Shown here: piece by piece, positions 1 through 9,858 of the stretch
Layout: each line of letters starts with the position of its first letter
Position numbering within the stretch: the first letter of the stretch is position 1
NCBI GenBank assembly: GCA_018650445.1
Contig: JABIFX010000253.1
Coordinates: 65,136-129,135, forward strand
DNA length: 64,000 nt
DNA from: Fidelibacterota bacterium
Lineage (GTDB): Bacteria > Fidelibacterota > UBA8477 > JABMPR01
Reading direction: 5' to 3'
Translations under genes and position numbers: made by a program
The notes under the pieces: model-generated
The model's database searches: none
Seen by the model: the letters and a program-made list of their open reading frames with translations, nothing else
What the model was told of the DNA's origin: nothing

Positions 1-817
1 CAAGAATGTTGGTGGAAAACCAACCTTCAACTCCCAACATTCGGGATTTTAGTCCAGGTGCGAGGATAGTCTTCATCAGGGTTTGACCTGTCTTGAAATC
101 TTTTCCTGCGATAGGCAGACCTTCAGCCATAGCTAATTCCTGAATAGCTGGAACGTCAACTGCGAGATTTGGTGCACCCATGAGAAAGGGCACACCACTC
201 TTCAAGGCAGCATAAGCATAGATCATGCTTGGCGCGATGAGTGGATCATTGTTTAGCATAGCGGCTTCAAATTTTTCCAAACTGCTATGGATATCTGAAG
301 GTTCTATGTACGCCTCTGTGCTGGCGCACCAGATCATGACTTCTCGAGTCGTATTGTTTGTTTTTCTAAATGACTTAATATCATCTATGAGCATTTCGGC
401 CAGGAGCATCTTATTGGAAGCAGACTTTTTGTGAACCCCATCCAGGTTTTTCACATATTCCTTATCAAAAACTGCCTTCATCGGTTTTACTGTCTCGAGT
501 AGAGACCGTGCTTTTTCAAGATCTTGAGGTTCCAAAACCTGTGCCCGTGTGGCCGCTTGATATCCATCATCTTCAAAAATATCCCAGGCTCCAAAAACCA
601 GATCCTGTAGTTCTGCGAGAGGTACGAATTCTTTTATCTTCGGGCTGCGATTCTCAGTCCTTTTACCCAGTCGAATAGTTGCCATCTGAGTCACACTTCC
701 AATGGGGGCTGAGTGCCCGTTAATGATGGCATCCACACCGGCAATGAATGTGGTTGATACTGCCCCTAATCCAGGGATTAAAACTCCCAGTTTCCCCTCT
801 GGTGCTTTTGTATCCAA
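1..817 (-). CDS. ino1: myo-inositol-1-phosphate synthase, N-terminal ~272 aa (gene continues beyond the window start)
   Basis: Absent from the ORF track because it has no stop codon in the window. Hand translation of the minus strand from TTG at 817..815 gives LDTKAPEGKLGVLIPGLGAVSTTFIAGVDAI...EVMIWCASTE...PFLMGAPNLAVDVPAIQELA...GKDFKTGQTLMKTILAPGLKSRMLGVEGWFSTNIL. A GAGAGGAG SD-like motif lies ~9 nt upstream and in-frame TGA/TAG stops lie just before it. The peptide looks like the Rossmann start and conserved core of bacterial/archaeal MIPS. Confidence 0.75.
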   Translation of the reverse strand, partial: MDTKAPEGKLGVLIPGLGAVSTTFIAGVDAIINGHSAPIGSVTQMATIRLGKRTENRSPKIKEFVPLAELQDLVFGAWDIFEDDGYQAATRAQVLEPQDLEKARSLLETVKPMKAVFDKEYVKNLDGVHKKSASNKMLLAEMLIDDIKSFRKTNNTTREVMIWCASTEAYIEPSDIHSSLEKFEAAMLNNDPLIAPSMIYAYAALKSGVPFLMGAPNLAVDVPAIQELAMAEGLPIAGKDFKTGQTLMKTILAPGLKSRMLGVEGWFSTNIL

Positions 818-1031
818 AAAAAACTCCTCTCACTCTATCAATAGAACTCTACATATAATTAAAGGCAAAATTTAATCCCGCCAACACGCAATTCAAGGCC
901 TGCTTCGGTGCATATAATCATGCTGGATTTAGCAAGCAACAACTTATGAAATGAGTGTGGCAAAAAGGAGGAAGACATTATCTGTTCAGAAAGTACATTT
1001 TGGTCTATAAATTATTGCTCCTCGCCTTATT

Positions 1032-2018
1032 TTGATTCCAATGAGAAAGCATACCTTATTTGCAAACACCCTGCTCCAAGCGGTACGTATTGAGGAGCTT
1101 ATCGGTCTGGTGCTGATCGCATTCGCTATCATTTTTGCTGGTTTAGCAAATCTGTATATCATGATGAATCAACTACTTGATTCACACAGCATAGCTGTGA
1201 ATTTATTAAGGATATTTACTTCAGCTCTTCTCACCTTTTTATTTTGCCGCTCTATTCTCTACCATGCTGAAAACAAAGTTTTCCGATTTGCTCGTGATTT
1301 TGCACCCTTTCTATTCGTCCTGGTCATTTATTTTAATCTTCAGGATGCTATATTCATCCTTAATCCCAGTGACATTCACCATACACTGGTAAACCTGGAT
1401 GAAAAACTTTTTGGGCTTCAACCCACTGTTTGGGCCGAACGATTCTACCATCCCCGGGTGACAGATTTGCTTTCTCTTAGCTATTTGAACTACTACTTCA
1501 TGACGCTGACCCTGTTAGGTCTCCTTTATGTGAAAAAGAGACATGAGGATTTTAGAGTGGTCGTGAAGACTATCATGATTAGCTATTTTATAGGTTTTCT
1601 CAGCTATATCATCTTTCCAGCATCATCCCCCTATCTTGTTATTCCAGAACTGTATGAAGTTGATATCTGGAAAGACACATCCTTTTTCTCCTGGCTAACG
1701 TATACTATTGTTGATATGTCTCCCCATCGTGTACGTGATGCTTTCCCATCTATGCACAACGCTACCGTTCTACTGACCCTAATTATGGCCTGGAGATATC
1801 ATCGAACTTACTTCTGGATACAACTTCCATTGGCCATCTCCTTACCCTTCGCGACTGTGTATTTAAGATATCATTATGTCGTTGACATCATTGGAGCCAT
1901 CCCGGTTATAGCTTTGGCACTTTATATAACCCCTCGTCTAGAGCTTAAATGGACACAGTTTCAAAGGCAGAAGACGTCTCTTGAGAAAAGTATGAGTAAG
2001 AGTGGAGTAAATTATTGA
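1032..2018 (+). CDS. polytopic membrane protein of the PAP2 superfamily (AUR1/PAP2_3-like phosphotransferase or phosphatase)
   Basis: ORF track, 328 aa (TTG at 1032; first ATG at 1041). It has multiple hydrophobic segments. The C-terminal third carries 'FPSMHNA' and 'RYHYVVDIIGA', an SxH...HxxxD arrangement typical of PAP2-type active sites. It is divergent from the MIPS gene. Confidence 0.6.
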   Translation: MIPMRKHTLFANTLLQAVRIEELIGLVLIAFAIIFAGLANLYIMMNQLLDSHSIAVNLLRIFTSALLTFLFCRSILYHAENKVFRFARDFAPFLFVLVIYFNLQDAIFILNPSDIHHTLVNLDEKLFGLQPTVWAERFYHPRVTDLLSLSYLNYYFMTLTLLGLLYVKKRHEDFRVVVKTIMISYFIGFLSYIIFPASSPYLVIPELYEVDIWKDTSFFSWLTYTIVDMSPHRVRDAFPSMHNATVLLTLIMAWRYHRTYFWIQLPLAISLPFATVYLRYHYVVDIIGAIPVIALALYITPRLELKWTQFQRQKTSLEKSMSKSGVNY

Positions 2019-2449
2019 GCAACCATAGCCTGATTGAAGTTTCTTTTATTCATTCCAAAAGTGAAGCTCAAGCATCGCGACAGATACGAGAAGAGGTTTT
2101 CGTTGTGGAGCAAGAGGTTCCTCCGGAAATAGAGTACGATGAATACGAGGAGAGTTCGACACACATTCTAGCCTGCTTTGAAGGACTTCCAGTGGGCACA
2201 GCCCGCTGGCGTAAGACAGAGCATGGTCAAAAACTTGAACGTTTTGCTGTACTGAAATCAGCAAGGAGAAAAGGTGTTGGTGCGGCTCTGGTAAAATTTG
2301 TCCTGGATCAGATCGACCATACTGAGCCAGCCTATTTAAACTCACAGGTTTCAGCAATACCGTTTTATGCCCGCCTGGGATTTGAGGAGACGGGGGAAAT
2401 ATTTTATGAAGCCGGCATTCCCCATCGAAAGATGATTCGAAAGCTCTAA
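2015..2449 (+). CDS. GNAT-family N-acetyltransferase
   Basis: 144 aa. The TTG start overlaps the upstream stop (TTGA), with GGAG ~8 nt upstream. It has the acetyl-CoA motif 'RRKGVGAALV' and a C-terminal 'FYARLGFEETGE'. Confidence 0.8.
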   Translation: MSNHSLIEVSFIHSKSEAQASRQIREEVFVVEQEVPPEIEYDEYEESSTHILACFEGLPVGTARWRKTEHGQKLERFAVLKSARRKGVGAALVKFVLDQIDHTEPAYLNSQVSAIPFYARLGFEETGEIFYEAGIPHRKMIRKL

Positions 2450-2451
2450 GC

Positions 2452-2483
2452 AAAAAAAATGACCTGTTCAGGTCATTTTTTTT
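2452..2483. terminator. bidirectional rho-independent terminator between convergent genes
   Basis: The sequence aaaaaaaatgacct-gttc-aggtcattttttttt forms a GC-containing stem flanked by an A-run and a T-run. It lies directly after the GNAT stop (2449) and after the minus-strand fumarase beta stop (2504). Confidence 0.7.
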
Positions 2484-2503
2484 AAACTTATAACTCGATG
2501 CGA

Positions 2504-3085
2504 TCAGCCAAAGATGAGCTTTTTAGCGACCTCGTCCGATTTTGCTTTGATGGATTTGTGAAGTGAATCACCATGACTATCCATAGTGACTACGGCTGGA
2601 AAATCTTCCACTTCAATATGCCAGAATGCCTCAGGCACACCGAGTTCATCCAGCATGTAGACATCATGAACCCTCACAACAGACTTTGCCAGCGAGGCAG
2701 CCATACCACCAATGGCGTGTAAATAAACACCACCTGATTTGGCTAAACCAGCCAGGGTTTTTTCACCCATGCCACCCTTGCCAATCACAGCACGTACTTT
2801 ATAGTGTTCCATCACAGCGGCCTCATAGGGTTCCTCACGAATACTCGTGGTGGGGCCAGCTGCGACAAATGACCAGGAGCCATCTTCATGCTGCTTGACC
2901 ACTGGACCACAATGATAGATCATACTGCCGTCCATGATGGGTTTTAACCAATCCGGCCAGTTCTCATGGATATATTTATGAGCTGCGTCTCTGGCAGTGA
3001 CCATCAAACCTGAGATTGCCACCTCATCGCCCATTTTTAATTCACGGATGGCTGCTTCTGAAATAGGTAATTGCAGCTTAATCAT
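2504..3085 (-). CDS. class I (Fe-S) fumarate hydratase / tartrate dehydratase, beta-type subunit
   Basis: 193 aa. 'AAGPTTSIREEPY' and 'VRAVIGKGGMG' match the C-terminal-domain subunit of Fe-S hydro-lyases. It overlaps the alpha-type gene by 8 nt. Confidence 0.8.
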   Translation of the reverse strand: MIKLQLPISEAAIRELKMGDEVAISGLMVTARDAAHKYIHENWPDWLKPIMDGSMIYHCGPVVKQHEDGSWSFVAAGPTTSIREEPYEAAVMEHYKVRAVIGKGGMGEKTLAGLAKSGGVYLHAIGGMAASLAKSVVRVHDVYMLDELGVPEAFWHIEVEDFPAVVTMDSHGDSLHKSIKAKSDEVAKKLIFG

Positions 3086-3965
3086 AACTCACCTCCCCCT
3101 TGCCATTCAGAATCATGCTGTGTCTCCGATAAGCCCAACACATGTATGATATAGAGACAAAGAAAGAAGCCGGTAACCGGTGCATACTCCCCATTTTCAC
3201 ACCTAGAATGGTCGTTTTACCACCAAAACCCATGGGACCGACACCTAACTCATTTAAATCGGCCAGCAGCTTTGATTCCATTTCTACCAGATCTGCATTA
3301 GGATTGGTATCAGTCATTTTTCTGAATAGTTGAGACTTAGCTGTGAGGTGTGAAGTGGTTCTGTCACCACCAATACCAATACCAAGAATCCCGGGAGCAC
3401 AACCCAGACCCTGAGCTGCATTGACTGCATCCACAATGACCTTATAAACGCCATCAAGGTCACGTCCGGCACCCAAACCCACATCAGGAAGCTTGTATTG
3501 AGTGGACACGTTCTCACATCCCCCACCCTTAAGCATGAGTTTGAACTCGATATAATCGTTGTCCCATTCTTCGAAATGGATAAACGGCTGACCTTCACCA
3601 ATGTTGTTACCCGAATTTTTGCCAGTAATACTATCCACTGCATTTGGCCGGAGATAACTCTTATCAACTGCTTCAGAAGTGGCTTCATGGATTAGGGCAG
3701 TCAACTTGCGCATGCCTACACCTTCGGGAATGTAAACGAGGTAGATATTGGTTCCTGTGTCCTGGCAAATTGGTGTAGCTTCAGCACGAGCCAGCTCGAT
3801 ATTTTTCAGAATCATTCCAAAAACGCTACGGGCTGCTGAGCCCTCATCCTCATTTTGTTGAGCTGCCTGAATGCTCTCCACAACATCTTTGGGTAGATCT
3901 GTGGCAGCCAGGCGAATCAGCTCGAGTAGTTGATCCTTCAGAACTTTTTCATCATATTGAAACAT
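3078..3965 (-). CDS. class I (Fe-S) fumarate hydratase / tartrate dehydratase, alpha-type subunit
   Basis: 295 aa with the 'PICQDTGT' and 'LMLKGGGCEN' motifs of the Fe-S hydro-lyase alpha domain. Confidence 0.8.
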   Translation of the reverse strand: MFQYDEKVLKDQLLELIRLAATDLPKDVVESIQAAQQNEDEGSAARSVFGMILKNIELARAEATPICQDTGTNIYLVYIPEGVGMRKLTALIHEATSEAVDKSYLRPNAVDSITGKNSGNNIGEGQPFIHFEEWDNDYIEFKLMLKGGGCENVSTQYKLPDVGLGAGRDLDGVYKVIVDAVNAAQGLGCAPGILGIGIGGDRTTSHLTAKSQLFRKMTDTNPNADLVEMESKLLADLNELGVGPMGFGGKTTILGVKMGSMHRLPASFFVSISYMCWAYRRHSMILNGKGEVSYD

Positions 3966-3979
3966 ATTTCACCCCTAAA

Positions 3980-5008
3980 CTACTTAACCTCCCAAACATC
4001 ACCACTATAGAACAGATCTTCCAGAGTCCCCTTGCCATTAATCTTTGTAACCTCTTTGATCTGGTCGACCAGCATCCCATCATAAGTGGGCGCATCTACT
4101 GCGCGAAGTACACCAAATGGTGTTGGATTTTTTGGGTCAAATGTCATCTCTAGCAGGAGGTTCGTAATGATTGGATTCGTTTCATCATGCACCAGGAGAT
4201 CTTGCTCTGTCCAGTCCCCACCCAGAGTCACTACCTTGGGATGGTTATCTTTCATGATAATACCTTTATCCTGTTCCTTACCAAAAATCATGGGTTCTCC
4301 ATGAACGACAAACAGGGCATTATCAGGTCGAGTTGCCTTGTTCTCCAAAGCTCCAAATTCACCATCATTGAAAATGATGCAATTCTGGTACACCTCTATA
4401 AATGAGGCACCTTTATGACGTTGCGATCGTTTGATACTTTCCTGCAAGCCTTTTGCATCCACATCCAGAGCCCTTGCAATAAAGGTGGCGTTGGCACCCA
4501 GGGCAATGGCACTGGGATTAAAAGGACGATCGATCGAACCAAAGGGCGATGACTTGGTTTTCATACCTAACTGTGAAGTCGGAGAATACTGACCTTTGGT
4601 TAAGCCATAGATCCGATTATTGAACAGCATGATATTCATGTCGATATTACGTCGTAAGGCATGGATCATGTGATTTCCACCAATAGAAAATCCATCACCA
4701 TCGCCTGTTATGATCCAGACTGCCAGGTCAGGATTAGCCAGCTTCACTCCAGAGGCGATAGCAGGTGCCCGACCATGGATCGAATGGAAGCCATAGGTAT
4801 CCATGTAATAGGGGAAGCGGCTGGAACAACCGATACCTGAAATAAACGCGTAATTCTCTTTTTTGACACCCATTACCGGCAAGGTTTTCTGCATATTTGC
4901 CAGTACGGAATAATCCCCACAGCCTGGACACCAGCGCACCTCATTACCCGGCACGAAATCTTTTCGGGTTAGATTCAAGTCCTGAACATTGATAGTAGTT
5001 TCACTCAT
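3980..5008 (-). CDS. korB: 2-oxoacid (2-oxoglutarate):ferredoxin oxidoreductase, beta (TPP-binding) subunit
   Basis: 342 aa with 'RWCPGCGDY', 'GIGCSS' and 'IITGDGDG' (TPP GDG motif). It lies directly downstream of the alpha subunit gene. Confidence 0.85.
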   Translation of the reverse strand: MSETTINVQDLNLTRKDFVPGNEVRWCPGCGDYSVLANMQKTLPVMGVKKENYAFISGIGCSSRFPYYMDTYGFHSIHGRAPAIASGVKLANPDLAVWIITGDGDGFSIGGNHMIHALRRNIDMNIMLFNNRIYGLTKGQYSPTSQLGMKTKSSPFGSIDRPFNPSAIALGANATFIARALDVDAKGLQESIKRSQRHKGASFIEVYQNCIIFNDGEFGALENKATRPDNALFVVHGEPMIFGKEQDKGIIMKDNHPKVVTLGGDWTEQDLLVHDETNPIITNLLLEMTFDPKNPTPFGVLRAVDAPTYDGMLVDQIKEVTKINGKGTLEDLFYSGDVWEVK

Positions 5009-5042
5009 CTCTCTATACCTTCTTTATTCAAATGCCCGGGGA

Positions 5043-6881
5043 TTAACCGAGAATCTCGTTTATTTTTTCTTCAATCTCAAAAGCACGGAAGGGTTCGCCT
5101 CGTACTTTATTTAACTGGTGAATTGGTCTGATTAATTCAGCTTTGAGGAGCATAGCCAATTGACCTGAATTCACTTCGGGAATGAGAATTTCATCGAAAT
5201 TATCACAGATAGCTTTTAAATCTGATGGGAAGGGGCTCACCCAGCGTAAATGCATCTGACTTACTGATTGACCCTTGTTACGTGCACGATCCACGGCCAC
5301 ATGAATAGCTCCATGGGTGCTTCCCCATCCAAGTACTAGAACCTTTCCTTTAGTGTCTCCGTGAATTTCTGAAGGTGGAATATCCTTGGTAATATTCTCT
5401 ACTTTGCGAGCTCTAATATCAGTCATAAGCTGATGGTTCTCAGGATCTTGACTTACCATACCAGTGATATTCTCTTTTTCCAGACCACCGATACGATGTT
5501 CCAAACCAGGGGTTCCAGGAATAGCCCAGGGACGAGTTTCATTTTCATCACGTGCATAAGGCATAAATCCATCCTCACCGCGTGCGGATGAATCCGGGTG
5601 ATGCACCTCAATTTTAGGGAGTTTTTTAGGGTCGGGAATTTTCCATGGTCCAGAGCCCTGACCGAGATAACCATCTGTCAAGAGAATGACCGGGGTCATA
5701 TATTTCATGGCAACTCTGGCAGCCTCAAAGGCACAATCAAAACAATCAGCTGGATCCTGTGCAGCAATAACAGGTATCTGGGCATCACTATTACGTCCAT
5801 GGACAGCTTGAAGCAGATCTGACTGTTCCATTTTTGTAGGCATACCAGTACTGGGACCACCACGCTGGACATTCACAATAACCAGGGGAAGTTCAGTGAT
5901 AATAGCCAGTCCAATAGCTTCTGTTTTCAGAGCCATACCGGGACCGGAAGTTGTGGTTACTGCTAAATCACCTGCATAGGAGGCGCCGATTGCTGAGGCA
6001 ATACCTGCAATTTCGTCCTCAGCCTGGAATGTTTTGACACCATGATTGCGGAGACCGGACAGGGTGTGTAGAATTTCACTGGCTGGTGTAATTGGGTATG
6101 AGCCCAGAAACAGCTCTTTTCCGGCTTTTTCAGCAGCCGCAACCAACCCATAGGCAACAGCAACATTGCCGGTGATATTTCGATACTTACCCTTTGGGAG
6201 ATCGGCTTTCTCCACGGCATACGAAGTCGTAAATATTTCTGTGGTCTCACCATAATTGAAACCCGTCTTCATTGCTGTGATGTTTGCTTCGGCAATGGAA
6301 GGATTTTTGGCGAATTTTTTTCTTAGCCATTCCTCGGTTGGTTCAATAGGACGATTGTACATCCAAAACAGAACACCCAAAGCAAACATATTCTTGGTAC
6401 GTTCGATGCCTTTTGAGGTCAGGTCTGAATTTTCAAGAGCCTTTCCTACCAACTTGGACATTTCCATACTATAGACGGTGTATCCATCGAGAGATCCATC
6501 CGTAAGTGGGTTGGTTTCCCAGGTGGCCATTTTAAGATTTTTGTCGGTGAAAGCATTGGCATTGGCCAGAATGGTTCCACCCTTTTTTAGATCCTTTAAA
6601 TGTACCTTAAGGGCAGCTGGGTTCATGGCAACCAATGTGTCTGGCAAATCACCCGGGGTGAAGACCCGTTGAGAGCCGAACATCAACTGGAAGGCGCTCA
6701 CACCGGCCAGCGTTCCGAGAGGAGCGCGAATTTCCGAAGGATAATTGGGTATGGTTTTAAGATCATTTCCCACAATGGCCGTTGCTTCTGTGAAGCGCGT
6801 GCCAGTTAATTGCATACCATCGCCTGAGTCTCCTGCAAAACGAATGGTTGCTTCATTGATACTAATTACTTTTTTCGCCAT
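5043..6881 (-). CDS. korA: 2-oxoacid (2-oxoglutarate):ferredoxin oxidoreductase, alpha subunit (gamma-alpha fusion type)
   Basis: 612 aa. The size and the 'GSYPITPASE' and 'RGGPSTGMPTK' motifs are typical of KorA-type subunits. Confidence 0.85.
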   Translation of the reverse strand: MAKKVISINEATIRFAGDSGDGMQLTGTRFTEATAIVGNDLKTIPNYPSEIRAPLGTLAGVSAFQLMFGSQRVFTPGDLPDTLVAMNPAALKVHLKDLKKGGTILANANAFTDKNLKMATWETNPLTDGSLDGYTVYSMEMSKLVGKALENSDLTSKGIERTKNMFALGVLFWMYNRPIEPTEEWLRKKFAKNPSIAEANITAMKTGFNYGETTEIFTTSYAVEKADLPKGKYRNITGNVAVAYGLVAAAEKAGKELFLGSYPITPASEILHTLSGLRNHGVKTFQAEDEIAGIASAIGASYAGDLAVTTTSGPGMALKTEAIGLAIITELPLVIVNVQRGGPSTGMPTKMEQSDLLQAVHGRNSDAQIPVIAAQDPADCFDCAFEAARVAMKYMTPVILLTDGYLGQGSGPWKIPDPKKLPKIEVHHPDSSARGEDGFMPYARDENETRPWAIPGTPGLEHRIGGLEKENITGMVSQDPENHQLMTDIRARKVENITKDIPPSEIHGDTKGKVLVLGWGSTHGAIHVAVDRARNKGQSVSQMHLRWVSPFPSDLKAICDNFDEILIPEVNSGQLAMLLKAELIRPIHQLNKVRGEPFRAFEIEEKINEILG

Positions 6882-7163
6882 GAATACGAACTCCTGATTA
6901 ACGAAACTTTTTATGGATTAAAATTGACTGAAAATTCACTGGTTGAGCCTACTCGCCCCCAAGTTTGAATCGTGAGATTAGCCTGACCTTTTTGAGTTGC
7001 ATTTTGATGCAAATTCAGGCCTGAATATCGCGGCTCATTCATGAGCAAAAACTAATGTCCGCCTTGGCTTAAAACAATGCTGAATGATATGAGACACCAA
7101 TTATTTTTCACAAGTTTTAGACTAAGCAACTATTGAGCCGTATTATCTATTTCTTTGAAATTT

Positions 7164-9554
7164 CTAATCCGTTTTTGTCAGATTTTGACCCTTGGTAAAA
7201 TACTTTTTGAGCTGATTCTGTGCCTCTCCAAAAACGGTGCGTGCTGGGAAATTACCATGTCTGTTCAGTGCCCCTGCCTTCACCCCCGTGAGTATCTCAA
7301 TGCCTTCGGAGATAGTTTCAACTGACCAGATATTGAATTTACCGGCCTTCACTGCAGCCTGAATATCAGGCATAAGCATGAGGTGATCCACATTCGCTGA
7401 TGGAATCATGACTCCCTGCTCTCCAGTTAACCCTCGAAGTTTACAGAGATGGAAGAAGCCTTCGATCTTCTCATTTACACCACCAATGGCTTGAATCTCA
7501 CCCCACTGATTAACAGATCCTGTAACTGCAATCCCCTGCGAAATGGGAATTCCGGATAAGGCGGAAAGAATCACATAGATTTCTGTGGAACTGGCACTAT
7601 CACCATCGATGCCTCCATAGGATTGCTCAAAAGTCAACGTTATCGTCACCGACAAAGGAAAGTTTTGGGCAAAAGTTTGGCCAAGATAGCCATTGATGAT
7701 CAAATTGCCCTTATCATAAGTTTTTCCAGAAAGTTTTGCCTCCCGTTCAACCGAAATAATTCCTGGCTCACCCATGTAAGTCGTGGCTGTTATTCTGGAT
7801 GGTTTCCCAAATGAATTGTCACCCATGGAAAAAACGGCTAAACCGTTAATCTGACCTACTCGCTCTCCTTTCACATCGATCATCAAGGTTTCGCTTTCAA
7901 TATTTTCCCAGACCTTCTCCTCGTAGAGACTTCCACGAAAGCGTTTTTCAGAAATGGCTTTACGGACATCTTCCATCTGGACCTGACGATGTTTCTGTTT
8001 CTTGGCCCAGTAAGCTGATTCGGTAATCAGACCAACCAGAGTTCCGAACTGGAGGGAGAGTTTACTTTTATCGCCAGCCAATCTTGAGCTGTACACAATT
8101 ATCTGGGTGGCTGCCTGGGAGGTAAAGTGAGGTGATTTGCTTTCGCGGCAAACCTTTGCAATAAATTGGCACAGAAGATGTTCATTCTGAGCACTGCGGG
8201 TGACTTCATAATCAAAATCTGCACGAACCTTAAAGGTCTTATTAAATGCATCATCCACTTCCTGGAGGTAACGAAAATGATCTGAACGACCAAGCAGGAT
8301 GACATTCAAATCTAAAGGGATGGGTTCAGGTTGCAGCGAGCTGGTGGCGTTAAGGCCATATTGTTCATTCACATCTTCGATTTGCAGAGATTTGTTCTTG
8401 AGCGTCCGTTTTAAATAGTCCCATACATTGGCACCCTGGAGGACATTCTGGATGTCCAATATGAGGAATCCACCGTTTGCTCGCAACATGGCTCCGGAGC
8501 TAATCATGGTATAATCACTATGCCAGCCCCCCATAACTGCTTCCTTCCCTATTCTACCAAAAAGGTTGTAATACGAAGGATTGGTATCAACAATAACTGG
8601 TGCACCTTTCTGACGACAATTATCCACCAGTAGGTTGACCTTATATCTCAGCTTCAAAGCCTTTTGACTCTGTTGAGGACTTGGTGCCTCATCACTTTCT
8701 GCAACACTATCCATACCGACAAATTCCTGGACATGCTCGGCTATATCATCTCTGACTTCCTCGAGATATTTTATCAGACCTGGATGATCTGAATAATTTT
8801 CAAGCAGTCGGCCGATACGCTGTTCCACTGAATCCAAAGCTATTTTTTCCTGAAGCGTTTCAACAACATCTGCACGTTCTTCTTCAAGCTCCGCCATATC
8901 GCGCAGAGCTTCCCGCAACTGCTCCTGGATCAGATTGATTTTTTTATTAATCGTTGCCAGCTCCTCCTCAGTGAGCGCAGAAATATCAGCTTCATCCATA
9001 GGTGCACCATCTTTAAGCGGAATGGTTTGAAAACCAGCTTGAGTCAGGTTCAATTGGATGTCCCGCTCAGCAGCTTCTGCATTCACGGTGGCAATAATTT
9101 CCTCACGTCCTGTATCGAACTCTGCGGTTATCTCTTTTTTGCGTTTTGAATAATTATCACCCGTAAAAACTTTGGGGAGATCTGTACTTAAACTGGCTAT
9201 CAAGCGCTTCATCTGTTTGGCAAATTTGTTGCCCTGCCCAGCTGGCAATTGAAACACCCTGGGATGGTATTCATCTCGGAAATTGAACACAACCAGCCAG
9301 TCTGGTGGAACCGGTTTATTGGCAGCAAACTTTTCAACAAGACTTTTTACTATGGTACTCTTACCTGTTCCTGGGACACCACCGACAAACACATTATAGC
9401 CAGGTGCCAGAAGCTCCAGACCAAATTGAAGTGCCCGGACTGCCCGCTCCTGTCCGATCACCTTATTCAGACTGGGAAGTTCCGCTGTGGATTTAAATTT
9501 TAAAGCTTCATCATTGGTAGTTCTACAAAGATCTTTTGGTGTCAGCTTCTTCAT
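7164..9554 (-). CDS. Lon-like ATP-dependent protease (COG1067/LonB-LonC-like, with helical insertion)
   Basis: 796 aa. It has Walker A 'GGVPGTGKST', a long charged helical insertion ('EELATINKKINLIQEQLREALRDMAELEEERADVVETLQEK'), and a C-terminal Lon protease domain 'GGIDGDSASSTE...AIGGVNEKIEGFF'. Confidence 0.8.
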   Translation of the reverse strand: MKKLTPKDLCRTTNDEALKFKSTAELPSLNKVIGQERAVRALQFGLELLAPGYNVFVGGVPGTGKSTIVKSLVEKFAANKPVPPDWLVVFNFRDEYHPRVFQLPAGQGNKFAKQMKRLIASLSTDLPKVFTGDNYSKRKKEITAEFDTGREEIIATVNAEAAERDIQLNLTQAGFQTIPLKDGAPMDEADISALTEEELATINKKINLIQEQLREALRDMAELEEERADVVETLQEKIALDSVEQRIGRLLENYSDHPGLIKYLEEVRDDIAEHVQEFVGMDSVAESDEAPSPQQSQKALKLRYKVNLLVDNCRQKGAPVIVDTNPSYYNLFGRIGKEAVMGGWHSDYTMISSGAMLRANGGFLILDIQNVLQGANVWDYLKRTLKNKSLQIEDVNEQYGLNATSSLQPEPIPLDLNVILLGRSDHFRYLQEVDDAFNKTFKVRADFDYEVTRSAQNEHLLCQFIAKVCRESKSPHFTSQAATQIIVYSSRLAGDKSKLSLQFGTLVGLITESAYWAKKQKHRQVQMEDVRKAISEKRFRGSLYEEKVWENIESETLMIDVKGERVGQINGLAVFSMGDNSFGKPSRITATTYMGEPGIISVEREAKLSGKTYDKGNLIINGYLGQTFAQNFPLSVTITLTFEQSYGGIDGDSASSTEIYVILSALSGIPISQGIAVTGSVNQWGEIQAIGGVNEKIEGFFHLCKLRGLTGEQGVMIPSANVDHLMLMPDIQAAVKAGKFNIWSVETISEGIEILTGVKAGALNRHGNFPARTVFGEAQNQLKKYFTKGQNLTKTD

Positions 9555-9858
9555 AATCTTATCCTGATCATATTTTTGAATCCAAATAACTCAATGGACT
9601 AATTGGTATACTTAATTATGCATTTTACTTGAATCTATCGTGCTCAAGATAAGCAATTTCAGCATTGTTACTGCCTTAAAATCTAAACATCATCAGGAAT
9701 ACCTACGCGTCCAAAACATAATTTCTGCGACGAAATTAACGAAGATTACGAAATCTGACAGCCACACTGGTAAACACCGGGTTTTCTGACAAGACGGATA
9801 AAATAAATTGCTCAACGCTTCATTCCGTATACATTTTCTGAGCCATAAAGGGGAATAT

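Noticed and set aside
225-434. 69-aa plus-strand ORF
   Set aside because: It lies antisense inside the MIPS coding region, which has strong family-level sequence.
2046-2453. 135-aa minus-strand ORF
   Set aside because: It is fully antisense to the GNAT gene, which has the acetyl-CoA binding motif. This ORF has no motifs.
7164-9554. Lon-like protease as part of a phage-defence system (BrxL-like)
   Set aside because: No BREX, methyltransferase or other defence genes flank it. Its neighbours are central-metabolism genes, so I treat it as a stand-alone Lon-family protease.
9808-9858. TTG-initiated 17-codon extension of the aldehyde dehydrogenase (and similar TTG/GTG extensions at 53703, 55175, 56226, 59811, 60218, 11914, 35102)
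   Set aside because: In each case a downstream ATG has a better SD-like motif, overlaps the preceding stop in the usual way, or gives a family-typical N-terminus. Start choices remain uncertain by a few codons.
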